From an uncultured Candidatus Rokubacteria bacterium (GTDB taxonomy: Bacteria; Methylomirabilota; Methylomirabilia; Rokubacteriales; CSP1-6): a stretch of 64,000 nt of DNA. Shown here one piece after another: positions 1-11,640 of the stretch. A program made the translations under genes and the position numbers. Positions within the stretch are counted from its first letter, which is position 1. Every line of letters starts with the position of its first letter. The notes beneath the pieces are model-generated. The model did no database searches, was not told the DNA's origin, and saw only the letters and a list, made by a program, of their open reading frames with translations. The stretch is taken from NCBI GenBank assembly GCA_963747235.1, contig CAVVEU010000014.1:128001-192000 (forward strand). Direction: 5' to 3'.

Positions 1-628
1 CGTGCATCGAGTGGAAGAGATGGAGGCGCCGGCCGGTGAGCACCAGCCGCGCGACCTTCTTCCTCGTGAAGACCTTCCGGGCCCCGGGGGGTGGGCTGTA
101 GAGCGCGGCCACCATCGGGGTGGTGACCGGCCGGATCCCGAAGAGGGCATGCCCGGCGTCGCTGTACGTGAAGCAGGAGTCGGGGAGGTCCGCCCAGCCC
201 GTCGTGTCGAGCCGCCAGCACGCGAGCGCGTCCCCCGGGTCGAGCCCCTTGGTGGTGGCCACGGGCAGCTTGGTGACCTGGCGGGCCAGCCGGGCCACCT
301 CGATGCCCGCGTCGACGAACAGGCCCGCGCCCGATCGGCTCCCGCAGAGCTCGGCCAGGCGCTTGGTGAATCCGCCCACCATCCGCGTGCCGGCCAGCCC
401 CGGAAAATCCGCCGCGATGGCCGCGTCGGCCCCCACCAGCGCGCGGGCGCTCGCGGCCTGGACCTCGTACCCGGGCGACGGGGTCGCGACCAGGCTGACC
501 TCGACCGCGCGGTCCGGGTCGGTGATCCGCACGGTGTGGGTGAACGCCGCGTCGTGGGTGTTGTCCACCCACCCCTCCATCACCCGCTCGTAGCGGTCGC
601 GGCCGATGAGGAAGGGCGACCCGATCAC
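1..628 (-). CDS. Hypothetical protein, possibly DUF2889-like; runs off the left edge
   Basis: Hand translation from GTG at 628: MIGSPFLIGRDRYERVMEGWVDNTHD...LPDSCFTY...RLHLFHSMH. Open to the window edge; start overlaps the YHS gene stop (GTGA). The + strand ORFs here are antisense shadows. Confidence 0.65.
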   Translation of the reverse strand, partial: MIGSPFLIGRDRYERVMEGWVDNTHDAAFTHTVRITDPDRAVEVSLVATPSPGYEVQAASARALVGADAAIAADFPGLAGTRMVGGFTKRLAELCGSRSGAGLFVDAGIEVARLARQVTKLPVATTKGLDPGDALACWRLDTTGWADLPDSCFTYSDAGHALFGIRPVTTPMVAALYSPPPGARKVFTRKKVARLVLTGRRLHLFHSMH

Positions 629-777
629 TTGCGGAGATATTTCCCGGGATCGGCGTCGAACCTGGTCTTGCAGCCGACCGCGCAGAAGTAATAGGTCTGC
701 CCCTGGTACTGCGACTGCGCGGCCGCGTGCTTCGGCTCCACGTCCATCTGACACACCGGATCCTTGGCCATCGTCAT
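625..777 (-). CDS. Small YHS/TRASH-domain metal-binding protein (50 aa)
   Basis: Not in the ORF track. MTMAKDPVCQMDVEPKHAAAQSQYQGQTYYFCAVGCKTRFDADPGKYLRK has the DPVC...YYFCxxxC...F..DP..Y YHS signature, with SD AAAGGAG. Confidence 0.9.
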   Translation of the reverse strand: MTMAKDPVCQMDVEPKHAAAQSQYQGQTYYFCAVGCKTRFDADPGKYLRK

Positions 778-822
778 CGCTCCTTTCGACAGGTCTGGGT
801 GACGGGATCGAGCATACCGCTC

Positions 823-1101
823 CTAGCGTCCGGAGAACCGCGAGAAGACGTCGAGCAGCTCGTCCATCTTCCGCTGGCGATCGCGCGTGCTCGGCGCGCG
901 AACCGCCTCCGCGACGCACGCCTCGAGGTGCTGGCCCAGCAGGAGCTTCTGCACCTGCTCGACCGCCCCCTGGACCGCGGCGAGCTGCAGGAGGATGTCC
1001 ACGCAGGACTTGTCCTCCTCGACCATGCGCTGGATCCCCTGCACCTGGCCTTCGATCCGGCGCAGCCGGCCCAGCGCCTTCGTCGTCGTCTGGCTCTCCA
1101 T
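823..1101 (-). CDS. csoR: CsoR/RcnR-family metal-sensing transcriptional repressor
   Basis: RLRRIEGQVQGIQRMVEEDKSCVDILLQLAAV...HLEACV, with the C-H-C ligand set. Confidence 0.88.
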   Translation of the reverse strand: MESQTTTKALGRLRRIEGQVQGIQRMVEEDKSCVDILLQLAAVQGAVEQVQKLLLGQHLEACVAEAVRAPSTRDRQRKMDELLDVFSRFSGR

Positions 1102-1111
1102 CGTCGTGTCC

Positions 1112-1879
1112 TCAGGCCGGCCGGCGGTGCCGGAGCATGCGCAGCACCCAGTACCCCGCGAGCGCGGCCAGCAGATGTTTGAGCGTGTGCCCGCTGACCA
1201 CGCGGGTCGCCGAGAGAATCCACCCGTCCAGGAGCTCCGGCACCTTGGCCGCCGCGTAGGTCACCGCGGCGGCCAGGAGCTCGCCCCCGCGCGTATAGCG
1301 GGGCGGCAGCCACCACAGCATGAGCGGGATCGCGACGACCGGATAGAACTGGACCAGGGCGTAGAGCCGCAGATCGCCCGTGCCCCGCTGCTCGGTCCAG
1401 TGCCAGTAGATGACGGAGCCCACCGCGATCACGATGAGGGGGCCCAGCAGCCACAAGCCCACCCTCACCCCGATCCGCTCCGCGATGGTGGCGGCCAGGA
1501 GACCCATCAGGGTGATCGCCAGCGGCAGCCGGTCCCAGGCCAGCCGGGCGTTGCCCGGCTCCCAGTGATAGTACGCAGAACCGAATCCGGTCAGCAGCAG
1601 GCCGCCGAAGAAGACCGCGTACGGCCACCGCTCGCCCGGCTCCCGGAAGGCGCAGCCTCCGCCCCCGCCGCCCGCCACGAAGGCCAGACCCAGCGCGCCG
1701 ACCAGGAGAAACCCGGCATTGGACAGCACGTTCAGGACATTTGGGATGCCGAGCCACGGGCGGGAGTCCGCCAGGCGGTGGTACGCGGGATCTTGGGGAA
1801 TCGGCGGGACCAGCAGGAAGGCCGCGGCGGCCAGCACCGCGAGCCCCCCGATCAGCCCGATCGCGCTCCGCCGTCCCAT
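1112..1879 (-). CDS. Ceramidase-like (CREST superfamily) membrane protein
   Basis: Multiple TM helices; NVLSN, GSAYYH, WDRLP and SGHTLKH motifs. Confidence 0.75.
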   Translation of the reverse strand: MGRRSAIGLIGGLAVLAAAAFLLVPPIPQDPAYHRLADSRPWLGIPNVLNVLSNAGFLLVGALGLAFVAGGGGGGCAFREPGERWPYAVFFGGLLLTGFGSAYYHWEPGNARLAWDRLPLAITLMGLLAATIAERIGVRVGLWLLGPLIVIAVGSVIYWHWTEQRGTGDLRLYALVQFYPVVAIPLMLWWLPPRYTRGGELLAAAVTYAAAKVPELLDGWILSATRVVSGHTLKHLLAALAGYWVLRMLRHRRPA

Positions 1880-1943
1880 CCGGCTTCCCAGCTTATACCC
1901 TACCCGGGTAGGTGCAGGCGAGCCGAGATCGGCCCGGGCGCGG

Positions 1944-2297
1944 TCAGAGCTCGGGGAAGAGAGACGGCTGAGCGGTGGCGGCCGCGGGGCGCGGGCGGCG
2001 GACGCCGGCGCGGCGCTCGGCGCCCCGCTTGGGCTTCGGTTTGCGCGGCTCGCGCGGCAGCTTCACCCACCCCTTCTGGTGCGCGATCTTGTCGCCCTGC
2101 TTGATCACGGTCAGGTCCACGAGGCGCGCCAGGGGATGCGTCAGGAGCTGCATGTACTTCTGCCAGTACCGGGGCGAGTACGCCCACGTCTTCATCTGGT
2201 CCACCGCGAGGGTCAGCGCGGCGCGGTCCCCCTTCGTGGCGGCGAGCCGGAGCTGTCCGACGATGACGCCGCGGCTGATACGCGAGGGTCGAGTCAC
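1944..2297 (-). CDS. Hypothetical basic protein
   Basis: 117-aa ORF starting 3 nt after the rng stop, with coding-like codon bias. Confidence 0.65.
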   Translation of the reverse strand: MTRPSRISRGVIVGQLRLAATKGDRAALTLAVDQMKTWAYSPRYWQKYMQLLTHPLARLVDLTVIKQGDKIAHQKGWVKLPREPRKPKPKRGAERRAGVRRPRPAAATAQPSLFPEL

Positions 2298-2300
2298 GGG

Positions 2301-3845
2301 CTACTTGACGGTCAGCTCGTACTGCTCGCGATGATAGGACCCCATCGCCTGGATCACGATCTTCCGCCCGATCAGGGCCTGCAGCTTCTCGAGGCCCTCC
2401 CGCTGGCTCGACTCGAGGTGATGGGCCATCTCGGGGTGGACGCGGATCACCACGTCCCGCCCGACGCCCTCCTTGTGCTGCGCCTGGATCTTGCGGAAGA
2501 TCTCGGCGGACAGGGTCACGTCCGACTTGACCACGCCGCTGCCCTTGCAGGTCGGACACGGGGCGCAGAAGAGCGACTGCAGGCTCTGCCGGACCCGCTT
2601 GCGGGTCATCTCGACCAGGCCGAGCTCCGAGATCTCGAGCACGTTGGTGCGGGCCTTGTCGTCGGCGAGCGCGTGCGTGAGCGCCTTGAACACCTGGTCG
2701 CGGTGCTCGGCCCGTTCCATGTCGATGAGGTCGATGATGATGATCCCGCCAAGGTCCCGCAATCGGATCTGGCGCACCACCTCGGTGGCCGCTTCCAGGT
2801 TGATCTTGAGCACCGTCTCCTCGAAGTCGCGCTTGCCCACGTACTTGCCGGTGTTGACGTCGATGGCGACCAGGGCCTCGGTGTGGTCGATGACGATGTA
2901 GCCGCCCGACTTGAGCCAGACCCGACGCCGGAGCGCCTTCTCGATCTCGCGCTCGATGCCGGTGGCCTCGAAGATCGGCTGGTCCTTGTCCCACTGCTTG
3001 ACCCGGTCGGCGAGCTGGGGCACGAGCTGGCTGGCGAACTCGAGGCACTTCTCGTAGGCGGCGGGGCTGTCGACCAGGAATTCCTCGATCTCGGGGGAGA
3101 AGAGGTCGCGCACCACCCGGAACGTGACGTCCATCTCCGCGTGGAGCACGGACGGGGCCTTGGCCGACTCGAACCGCGTGAGAACCTGGGCCCAGAGCCG
3201 GCTCAGGAACTGGATGTCGGCGGCGAGCTCCTCCTCACCCTTGCCCTCCGCGACGGTCCGGACGATGAATCCTCCCGTCTGCGCGGGCAACCCCTTGACG
3301 ATGGCGCGAAGCCGATCCCGCTCGGCATCGTCGTGGATCCGGCGCGACACCCCGACGTGGTGCGACTGGGGCATCAAGACGATCGAGCGGCCCGGGATGG
3401 ACACGAAGGAGGTCACCCGCGCCCCCTTGGTGCCGAGCGGCTCCTTCGAGACCTGCACCAGAACCTCCTGGCCCTTGCGCAGCATCTCCTCGATGGGCGC
3501 GACCGCCTGCCGGCGCGGCTCGACCTCCCCGTCGCCGTCCGCCTCGCCCTCGTCCACCACGTCGGCGGACTCCTCCTCCACGGGCGGCGCGGCCTGGTCG
3601 TCCGCGCTGAGCTTGGCGGTGTAGTCGCCCGCGTAGAGAAAGGCGTCCTTGGCGAGCCCGATGTCGACGAACGCGGCCTGCATGCCGGGCAGCACGTTGG
3701 TGACCACGCCCTTGTAGATGTTCCCGACGATGGAGCGCCGGTCGGCGCGCTCGATGTACAGCTCGGTGAGGAGATTTCCATCCTGGACGGCGAGACGAGT
3801 TTCCGTCACACCGGCGTTGACGACGATGCGCTTTCCCACGGCCAA
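2301..3845 (-). CDS. rng: Ribonuclease G/E family
   Basis: S1 domain GNIYKGVVTNVLPGMQAAFVDIG; IDVNTG; RLRDLGGIIIID; CPTC motif. Confidence 0.95.
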   Translation of the reverse strand: MAVGKRIVVNAGVTETRLAVQDGNLLTELYIERADRRSIVGNIYKGVVTNVLPGMQAAFVDIGLAKDAFLYAGDYTAKLSADDQAAPPVEEESADVVDEGEADGDGEVEPRRQAVAPIEEMLRKGQEVLVQVSKEPLGTKGARVTSFVSIPGRSIVLMPQSHHVGVSRRIHDDAERDRLRAIVKGLPAQTGGFIVRTVAEGKGEEELAADIQFLSRLWAQVLTRFESAKAPSVLHAEMDVTFRVVRDLFSPEIEEFLVDSPAAYEKCLEFASQLVPQLADRVKQWDKDQPIFEATGIEREIEKALRRRVWLKSGGYIVIDHTEALVAIDVNTGKYVGKRDFEETVLKINLEAATEVVRQIRLRDLGGIIIIDLIDMERAEHRDQVFKALTHALADDKARTNVLEISELGLVEMTRKRVRQSLQSLFCAPCPTCKGSGVVKSDVTLSAEIFRKIQAQHKEGVGRDVVIRVHPEMAHHLESSQREGLEKLQALIGRKIVIQAMGSYHREQYELTVK

Positions 3846-3891
3846 CCTCGATCCGGGGTCCCGGCGGGGGACCCGGCCAGCAATAATGCGG

Positions 3892-4983
3892 TTAGTGGAA
3901 CTGCCGCATTCGGATCGAGATCAGGAGACCCAGCGCTGTCAACGAGACCACCATGGACGATCCGCCGTAGCTCATCAGCGGCAGCGGAATCCCCACGATG
4001 GGGAGCAGGCCCGTCACCATCCCGATGTTGATCAGGATCTGGACCGCGAACACGCTCGTCACGCCGAGGGCCAGGATGCGCCCCCGCGTTTCCCGCGTGC
4101 CGGCCGCGATCTCGAACCCCCGCAACACCAGGAGCGCGTAGGCCACGATCAGCACGAGACAACCCAGAAACCCCCACATCTCCGCGAACACGGCAAAAAT
4201 GAAATCAGTGTGCCGCTCGGGGAGAAAGGCCAGGCGGCTCTGCGTCGCGCCGCCGATGCCCTTCCCCAGGAGCTGGCCCGAACCAATGGCGATCTTCGCC
4301 TGAATGACATTGTAGGCCGTTCCGAGCGGATCGCGGAACGGATCGAGATAGACCAGGAGCCGGTCGCGCTGGTAGGGCTTGAGCACGAACCAGGCAAGCG
4401 GCATGAGGGCCACCGACCCCAGCGCGAGCCCCCCCAGCACCTTCATGCGCAGGCCGAGGCCCACCAGGGTGGCTCCCAGCACCGGGACCAGCACCAGCGC
4501 GGTGCCCAGGTCCGGCTGCTTGACGACCAGGAAAAACGGTACGCCGAGCAGCACGAAGGTGCCCACCAGGGCCGCCCGGCTCAATCGCTCCCCGCGGGCC
4601 GAGGTCAGCGCCCAGGCCAGGGTGATGATGAAGATCAGCTTGAAGAGCTCCGAGGGCTGCACCGTCAAGGGCCCCACGTGGATCCAGCGCCGCGCGCCCG
4701 AGACGGTGCGGCCCAGGATGAACACCGAGAGCAGGAGCCCGAGGCCGATCACGTAGAACACGGGGGCAAATCGCACCAGGTTCCGGTAGTCCACGCTGAC
4801 CACCACCAGCAACCCGATCATCCCGACGCCCACCCAGGAGAGCTGGCGCCACATCAGGGCCGAGATTCCGCGCCCCGGGTTGAGGCTCCAGAGACAGGTG
4901 AGGCTGAGCCCGATGATGAACAGCGCGGCGCCCAGCAACAGCCAATCGACGTTCTGGAGCAGCCGCCGGTCCATCTTCAGCAT
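3892..4983 (-). CDS. rodA: Rod shape-determining protein RodA (SEDS)
   Basis: C-terminal part of ORF 3892..6840: GARRWI, QPSELFK, QPDLGTA, FLPERHTDFIF, PLMSYGGSS. Confidence 0.93.
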   Translation of the reverse strand: MLKMDRRLLQNVDWLLLGAALFIIGLSLTCLWSLNPGRGISALMWRQLSWVGVGMIGLLVVVSVDYRNLVRFAPVFYVIGLGLLLSVFILGRTVSGARRWIHVGPLTVQPSELFKLIFIITLAWALTSARGERLSRAALVGTFVLLGVPFFLVVKQPDLGTALVLVPVLGATLVGLGLRMKVLGGLALGSVALMPLAWFVLKPYQRDRLLVYLDPFRDPLGTAYNVIQAKIAIGSGQLLGKGIGGATQSRLAFLPERHTDFIFAVFAEMWGFLGCLVLIVAYALLVLRGFEIAAGTRETRGRILALGVTSVFAVQILINIGMVTGLLPIVGIPLPLMSYGGSSMVVSLTALGLLISIRMRQFH

Positions 4984-6786
4984 CAGCCGGACTCGCCGAG
5001 CGTCACCTGGGCCACCTTCTGGAGGAAGATGGCTTCGTAGATCTGCCGCGCGATCGGAGCCGCAACCTGGCCTCCCTTGCCGCCCCGCTCCACCAGCACC
5101 ACCACGACGTACTGGGGATCGTCGACCGGGGCGAACGAGGCGAACCACGCGTGGTCCTGCCCCTTGGAGGAGTCGCTCTTCGAGATGGTCTGGGCGGTCC
5201 CGGTCTTCCCCGCGATCTCGAACCCGGGCACGCGGGCCAATGCCCCGGTGCCGTCCTTGACCACCGCGGCGAGCGCGTGGCGCAGGAAGCCCCAGACGAC
5301 CGGGGAGAGGTCCACCCGCTCCGTCATCTGGCTCGACGAGCCGTAGGCGAGGGTCCCGTCCGCGCGCTCGACGCGCTGGACCAGCCGCGGCTTCCACATC
5401 ACGCCGCCGTTGGCCACCGCGGCCATCATCCGCGCGATCTGGAGCGGCGTCACCAGGAGCTGCCCCTGGCCGATCGACATGTTCACGGTGTCGCCCGGCA
5501 GCCAGGCCCTCTTGGTGCGCAGGCGCTGGGCGGGCGTGAACGGCACCAGCCCGAAGCGCTCGCCGCCCAGGTCGATGCCGGTGGGCGACCCCAGGCCGAA
5601 GGCCTGCGCGTACTTCGCCATCATGTCGCCGCCCACCTTGAGCCCGGCCTGGTAGAAGAAGATGTCGCACGACTGCGCGATGGACTGGTGCAGGTTCACG
5701 TGGCCGTGCCCGCCCGGCTTCCAGTCCTTGAAGGTCCAGTTGCCCAGGGTGAACTCGCCGTTGCAGTAGATGTTGTCCATCGGGGTCAGCGAGCCTTCCT
5801 GGAGCCCGGCGGCCGCGACGATGATCTTGAAGACCGACGCGGGCGGGTACATGCCCTGCAGCGCGCGGTTCATGAGCGGAGACATGGGATCGCGCACGAG
5901 GCGCACCCACTCGTCCCGGTCCAGGTTTCCGGTGAGCCGATCGAGCGGGAAGGCGGGGCTCGAGGTGAGCGCCAGCACGTCGCCGTTGCGCGGATCCATC
6001 ACCACCACCGAGCCGGCCTTGCCGACCATCGCGCGCTCCGCCGCTTCCTGGATGCGGCGGTCGATCGTGGTGATGACCTGGGCGCCCGGATCGGGCTCCT
6101 CGCGCCGCATGATCTGCACCGGCCGGCCGAGCGCGTCCACCTCGATGCGCTCGCCGCCGTCGCGCCCGCGCAGGTGCTCGTCGAGGAGCCGCTCGAGGCC
6201 GGACTGCCCGATCATGTCGCCGCGGCGGTAGCGGCCGCCGCTTCATCTGCTCGTCGCTGACTTCCCGGACGTAGCCCAGGAGGTGGGCCGCGAACGTGCT
6301 GGTGGGATAGGTGCGCTGGGGCTCGACCTCGACGATGACGCCCGGGAGCTCGAGCTTGCGCTCCTCCACCATCGTGACGTCCTCCAGCGACAGGCCGCGC
6401 CGCACCCGCACCGGGCGGATCGAATCCGCGGGCACCTTCTCCAGCGCCTCCATCAGCTCGCCCACCGGCATCTTGAGCAGGACGGCCAGCCGCGCCAGCA
6501 CCTGGTTCCGGTCCTCCATCTCGCGCGGGATCAGCGAGAGGGTGAAGGCCGGGCGGTTGTCCACCAGCGCGAGCCCGTTCCGGTCGAAGAGGATGCCCCG
6601 GGGCGCCGCGACCGGACGGATGCGGATCCGGTTCCTCTCCGACAGCTCCTGCATGCGGCCGCCTTCCAGCACCTGGAGGTACCAGAGCTGGCCGACCAGC
6701 GCGACGAAGCCGATGGAGCTGACCACCGCGAGCGCGAGGACGCGCCGGCCCCAGGCCTCCCGACGATTGGAGAGCGCCGCGCTCAC
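4983..6786 (-). CDS. mrdA: Penicillin-binding protein 2 (frameshift near 6235)
   Basis: APRGILFDRNG N-terminus; SVFK (SxxK), SCD and KTGT motifs in the second frame. Confidence 0.92.
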
Positions 6787-7283
6787 GACTGCCACGAGCG
6801 CCTCCGCATCAGCTCGTAGCCGGCCTCGGCCAGGATGCACAGGGTGCCGATCAAGCCGTTGTAGAGCGCCTGCGGCAGGATCACGTGGAGCATCAGCTCA
6901 CCGAAGGCCGCCGGGTAGTGGAACATCTGCAGGAGGAGGAATCGCGCGAGCCCCTCGGTCACGCTCAGCAGCACGAGGCCGGGCACCTGCACGAGCGGAT
7001 TCGTGACCCAGAAACGGCCCACCAGCAGGCCCATGCCGAAGCCGGCCAGTCCCTTGGTGAGCGCCTGCACGCCCACGAGCCCGCCCCCGGTGGCGTCCTG
7101 GAGCAGCCCCGCCACGAAGCCGGCGAGACAGCCGGACTCCGGCCCATTGCGGAGCGCGATCAGCACGGTGAGGATGAGCGGCACGTCGGGCGTGACCCCG
7201 CCCACGCCCCGCGCCGCGACCACGGTGGACTGCAGGACGCCGCCGCCCACGGTGACGAGGAGCAGGAGCAGACGCAGGCCCAT
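6783..7283 (-). CDS. mreD: Rod shape-determining protein MreD
   Basis: Hydrophobic, PDVPLIL...GLLQD; lies between mreC and mrdA. Confidence 0.88.
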   Translation of the reverse strand: MGLRLLLLLVTVGGGVLQSTVVAARGVGGVTPDVPLILTVLIALRNGPESGCLAGFVAGLLQDATGGGLVGVQALTKGLAGFGMGLLVGRFWVTNPLVQVPGLVLLSVTEGLARFLLLQMFHYPAAFGELMLHVILPQALYNGLIGTLCILAEAGYELMRRRSWQS

Positions 7284-7285
7284 GG

Positions 7286-8126
7286 CTAGCCATCCGACGG
7301 GAACAGCGCCGCCACGTCCTGGGTCGTTTGCCCGGTGAGGAGCAGCACCTCCTCGACGCGGGAGACGTCCACGGCGGGCGTGAGGACCGCGAAGTGGAAC
7401 AGGGCCGAGCCCTTGTCCTCGATCTTGACGACGCGGCCGACCGGCAGACCCTTGGGGAAGAGCGTGCCCAGGCCCGAGGTGACCACGAGGTCGCCCGGCG
7501 CGACGCTCGCCGCCGTCGCGCGCCATGAACTTGAAGCGCACCGCGCCGCCCGCGTCCCCTTCGACGAGCCCGGCGGTGCGGGTGCGCTGCACCACCGCGC
7601 CCACCGTGGAGGCCGGATCGTTCAGGAGCTGGATGACCGCGGCGCTCCGGTGCACCTGGACGACGCGCCCCACCAGCCCGTCCGGCACGATGACCGGCGT
7701 CTGCTGGGCGATGCCGTCGCCGCGCCCGCGATTGACGGTCAGGGAGCGCACCCAGCCCCCCGCCTCGCGCCCGATGACCTCGCCCGCCACGGTGGCCAGG
7801 GGCAGCCGGTCCCGCAGCACGAGGAGCCGGCGGAGCCGCGTGTTCTCCTCGCGCGTCTCGCCGGCCTGGAGCGCCTGGACGCGGAGCTGCTCGTTCTCGC
7901 CGCGGAGCGTGACCACCTCCCGGCGCACCACCTTCCAGTCGACGTAGTTGGCCCAGAAGCCGAGGGCGCCGCGATGGACGCGCACCAGCAGGCTCTGGAC
8001 CGGGGTGAGCACGACGGCCAGCAGCTCGCCCGCCCGCCCGGTGCCGCCCCCGCGTGTCTGCACCGTCAGGAGCAGGAACGACACGAGTAGCACCGCGAGA
8101 AGGATCCCGTATCTGCGAACTCTCAC
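7286..8126 (-). CDS. mreC: Rod shape-determining protein MreC (frameshift near 7510)
   Basis: TM helix, coiled coil, GLVGRV; C-terminus VTSGLGTLFPKGLPVGRV in ORF 7286..7486. Confidence 0.9.
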
Positions 8127-8186
8127 CGCTCCGTCACCCCGCGGTCGCGATCGTCCTGGCCAAGGCCGCGCGCCGAGGCCGTGCGC

Positions 8187-9227
<1,041 letters not shown>

Positions 9228-9405
9228 TTATCAAATAGGTCGTTTGAGACGGGGTCGAGCTCACGGCTGAGTCTAGCACCCTGATTTTTTCGCAACAAGG
9301 AAATCGTAGGCTTTTCGGCAAGATGGACAGCACGCGCGACCGCCGCTCGGGATCTCCAGGCGGTCCCGCGGAGGCGGTCGGTAAAACGGGCGGGATTTCG
9401 GTCAG

Positions 9406-9966
9406 TTAGGGTGACTCGACCCTCGGCCGGGCCAGGGTCGGCGCGATGCGGTCCCGGTAGAGCTGGACCGCGTCGCGGATCACCTGCTCGGCCGCGGCCC
9501 GCCCGCGGATGCGGTCGACGTCGACCGCCTTGTTCTCGAGGACCTTGTAGTCCAGGAAGAACCGCTGCATCTCCTTGAGGCGGTGCGGGGGCAGCTCCGC
9601 GACGTCCCGGTAGTGGGCGTACTCCGGGTCGTCCACGTGGACCGCGATGATCTTGTCGTCCTGCCCCTTGTCATCGCTCATGGTGAGGACGCCGATGGCC
9701 CGGGCCCGCAGAATGCACAACGGCACCACCGGCTCCTGGCCGAGCACGAGCACGTCGAGCGGGTCGCCGTCGTCACAGTAGGTCCGGGGCAGGAAGCCGT
9801 AGTTGGCCGGGTAGTGGACGGCCGAGTGGAGCACGCGGTCGAGCCAGAGCAGGCCCGTCTGCTTGTCGAGCTCGTACTTCACCTTGGAGCCCTTCGGGAT
9901 CTCGATCACGCAGCGAAAGTCGCGCGTGATGTCCGGCCCGAGATCCACGTCGTGCCACGCGTTCAC
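9406..9966 (-). CDS. ppa: Inorganic pyrophosphatase (family I)
   Basis: [17 protein letters not shown] and DGDPLDV; GTG start 6 nt after TATACT. Confidence 0.95.
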   Translation of the reverse strand: MNAWHDVDLGPDITRDFRCVIEIPKGSKVKYELDKQTGLLWLDRVLHSAVHYPANYGFLPRTYCDDGDPLDVLVLGQEPVVPLCILRARAIGVLTMSDDKGQDDKIIAVHVDDPEYAHYRDVAELPPHRLKEMQRFFLDYKVLENKAVDVDRIRGRAAAEQVIRDAVQLYRDRIAPTLARPRVESP

Positions 9967-10043
9967 GACCCGAGTATAGCGCCCCGGTTGGATCTGCCGG
10001 CTTCGCTGTGGCACCATGCCGGCGCCGGCGAAAGGACACGATC

Positions 10044-11080
10044 GTGGACGATCTCGAGGTCTGGTTCGACAAGGGCGTGACGGACGGCCTGCCCGTGATC
10101 CCGCCGTCGCGGGAGCGCGTAGAGCGGATGCTGCGCGGCACCACGCGCGATCGCGCAGGAGCTGGTGGGCGAGGTCGCGCCCAACTACGGCCGCGCGACG
10201 GTCGAGAAGGTCGCGGTCAACGCGGTGATGGCCGGCTGCCGGCCGGAGTACCTGCCGGTGGTGCTCGCGGCGGTGCAGGCGGTCACCGATCCCGCCTTCA
10301 ACCTGCACGGCGTCTCGACGTCCACCCACTTCTCCGCTCCGCTGCATCGTGGTGCACGGCCCGATCCGGGAGCGGATCGCGCTCAATTGCTCGTTCGGCG
10401 TGTTCGGTCCCGGGCACCGGGCCAACGCCACCATCGGCCGCGCCCTCCGCCTCGTGATGATCAACCTGGGCGGCGCGAAACCGGGCGAGACGTCCATGTC
10501 CACCTTCGGCCATCCCGGCCGCTACACCTACTGCATCGGCGAGCACGAGGAGGCGAGCCCGTGGCCGCCCTATCACGCGGACCGCGGGCTCGCGGCCGGA
10601 GCGACAGCGCGGTGACCGCGTTCGCGGGCGAGGCGCCCCACGGCATCTCCGATCACGCCAGCCGCACCGCCCGCGCGCTGGCCGGCTCGCTCGGCTGGTC
10701 CATGGCCTCCCTGTGGAACGCCAAGCACTTCCCGCTCTACTCGCACACCATGCTGGTGGTCGGGCCGGAGCACGCGCGCACCTTCGGCGACGAGGGCTGG
10801 AGCAAGCGCGATCTCATGCGTCATCTCTTCGAGACGATCCGCGCCCCGTACGCGAGCCTCCAGCCTGCCGAGGACAACGGGGAGGGCACCAACCTGCGCT
10901 TCGCGAAGGGAGCCGCGCCCGCGCCCGGACCAGATGATCCCCAAGTTCCCCTCGCCCGAGGAGCTGCACGTGGTGGTGGCCGGCGGCACCGCCGGGCGCT
11001 TCTCGATGGCCATCCCCGGCTGGCTGGGGACCCGCAACGGCTCGCGGCCGATCACCGTTCCCATCCGGGATATCGCTTGA
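10044..11080 (+). CDS. Conserved hypothetical protein (TDGLPVIPP / [11 protein letters not shown] family), several frameshifts
   Basis: Pieced together from ORFs 10008, 10165 and 10349; SD AAAGGA before GTG at 10044. Confidence 0.7.
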
Positions 11081-11105
11081 CAGGCCCAGGACGCTCGGCT
11101 AGGCT
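11077..11105 (+). promoter_or_regulatory. Sigma-70 promoter of the first csp gene
   Basis: TTGACA-N17-TAGGCT. Confidence 0.75.
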
Positions 11106-11155
11106 GCGGGGCAGGTTACGGGTCACTCGGTAGTCGGATTCAGAAGCTCGATACC

Positions 11156-11270
11156 AACGCCGCGAGGACCTCAAGTCCGCGTGGCGTTTTTGTTTGCCCT
11201 CCGCTTCAGGAGGGCACCCCCGTCATGGTGACGGGGAATCACCGAGGCGTTCAACGTCTCACGGAAAGAG
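11156..11270 (+). ncRNA. Structured 5' leader of csp #1 with terminator-like hairpin
   Basis: Four hairpins; the first is followed by a U-tract. Same architecture as 11641-11760. Confidence 0.6.
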
Positions 11271-11278
11271 GACAGTAG

Positions 11279-11479
11279 ATGGCTCAGGGCAACGTGAAGT
11301 GGTTCAACGACGCGAAGGGGTACGGGTTCATTTCCCAGGAGGATGGCGAGGACGTGTTCGTGCATTTCAGCGCCATTCAGGCCCAGGGCTTCAAGAGCCT
11401 GGCCGAGGGCGATCGAGTCGAGTTCGAGGTCACCCGGGGGCCGAAGGGTCTCCAGGCCGCGAACGTCCGCAAGGTCTAA
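11279..11479 (+). CDS. cspA: Cold-shock protein
   Basis: [12 protein letters not shown] (RNP1) and DVFVHF (RNP2). Confidence 0.97.
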   Translation: MAQGNVKWFNDAKGYGFISQEDGEDVFVHFSAIQAQGFKSLAEGDRVEFEVTRGPKGLQAANVRKV

Positions 11480-11487
11480 GCGTCGCA

Positions 11488-11525
11488 TCCCCGGGCCCCG
11501 GACCTCTCCGGGGCCCGGCTTCCCC
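11488..11525 (+). terminator. Hairpin after csp #1
   Basis: CCGGGCCCCGGA-cctc-TCCGGGGCCCGG followed by a weak pyrimidine tail. Confidence 0.55.
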
Positions 11526-11540
11526 CCTGCAGAAACAGTC

Positions 11541-11570
11541 TTGACAGTGGTTCCGCCCCTTTGCTAACCT
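11541..11570 (+). promoter_or_regulatory. Sigma-70 promoter of the second csp gene
   Basis: TTGACA-N18-TAACCT with an extended -10 TG. Confidence 0.7.
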
Positions 11571-11640
11571 GCGCGCGATTTCAGGACCCTGAAGTGTTGT
11601 TCTCTCGTACGTGAACGAAACTCGGTTCCAGGGAACGGTG

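Noticed and set aside
3892-8126. PBP2-RodA and MreC-MreD fusions in the ORF track (similarly Pth-MutS2, RlmD-Dpp and the 1016-aa APC ORF)
   Set aside because: They arise from frameshifts or open alternative frames; each gene has its own start and stop.
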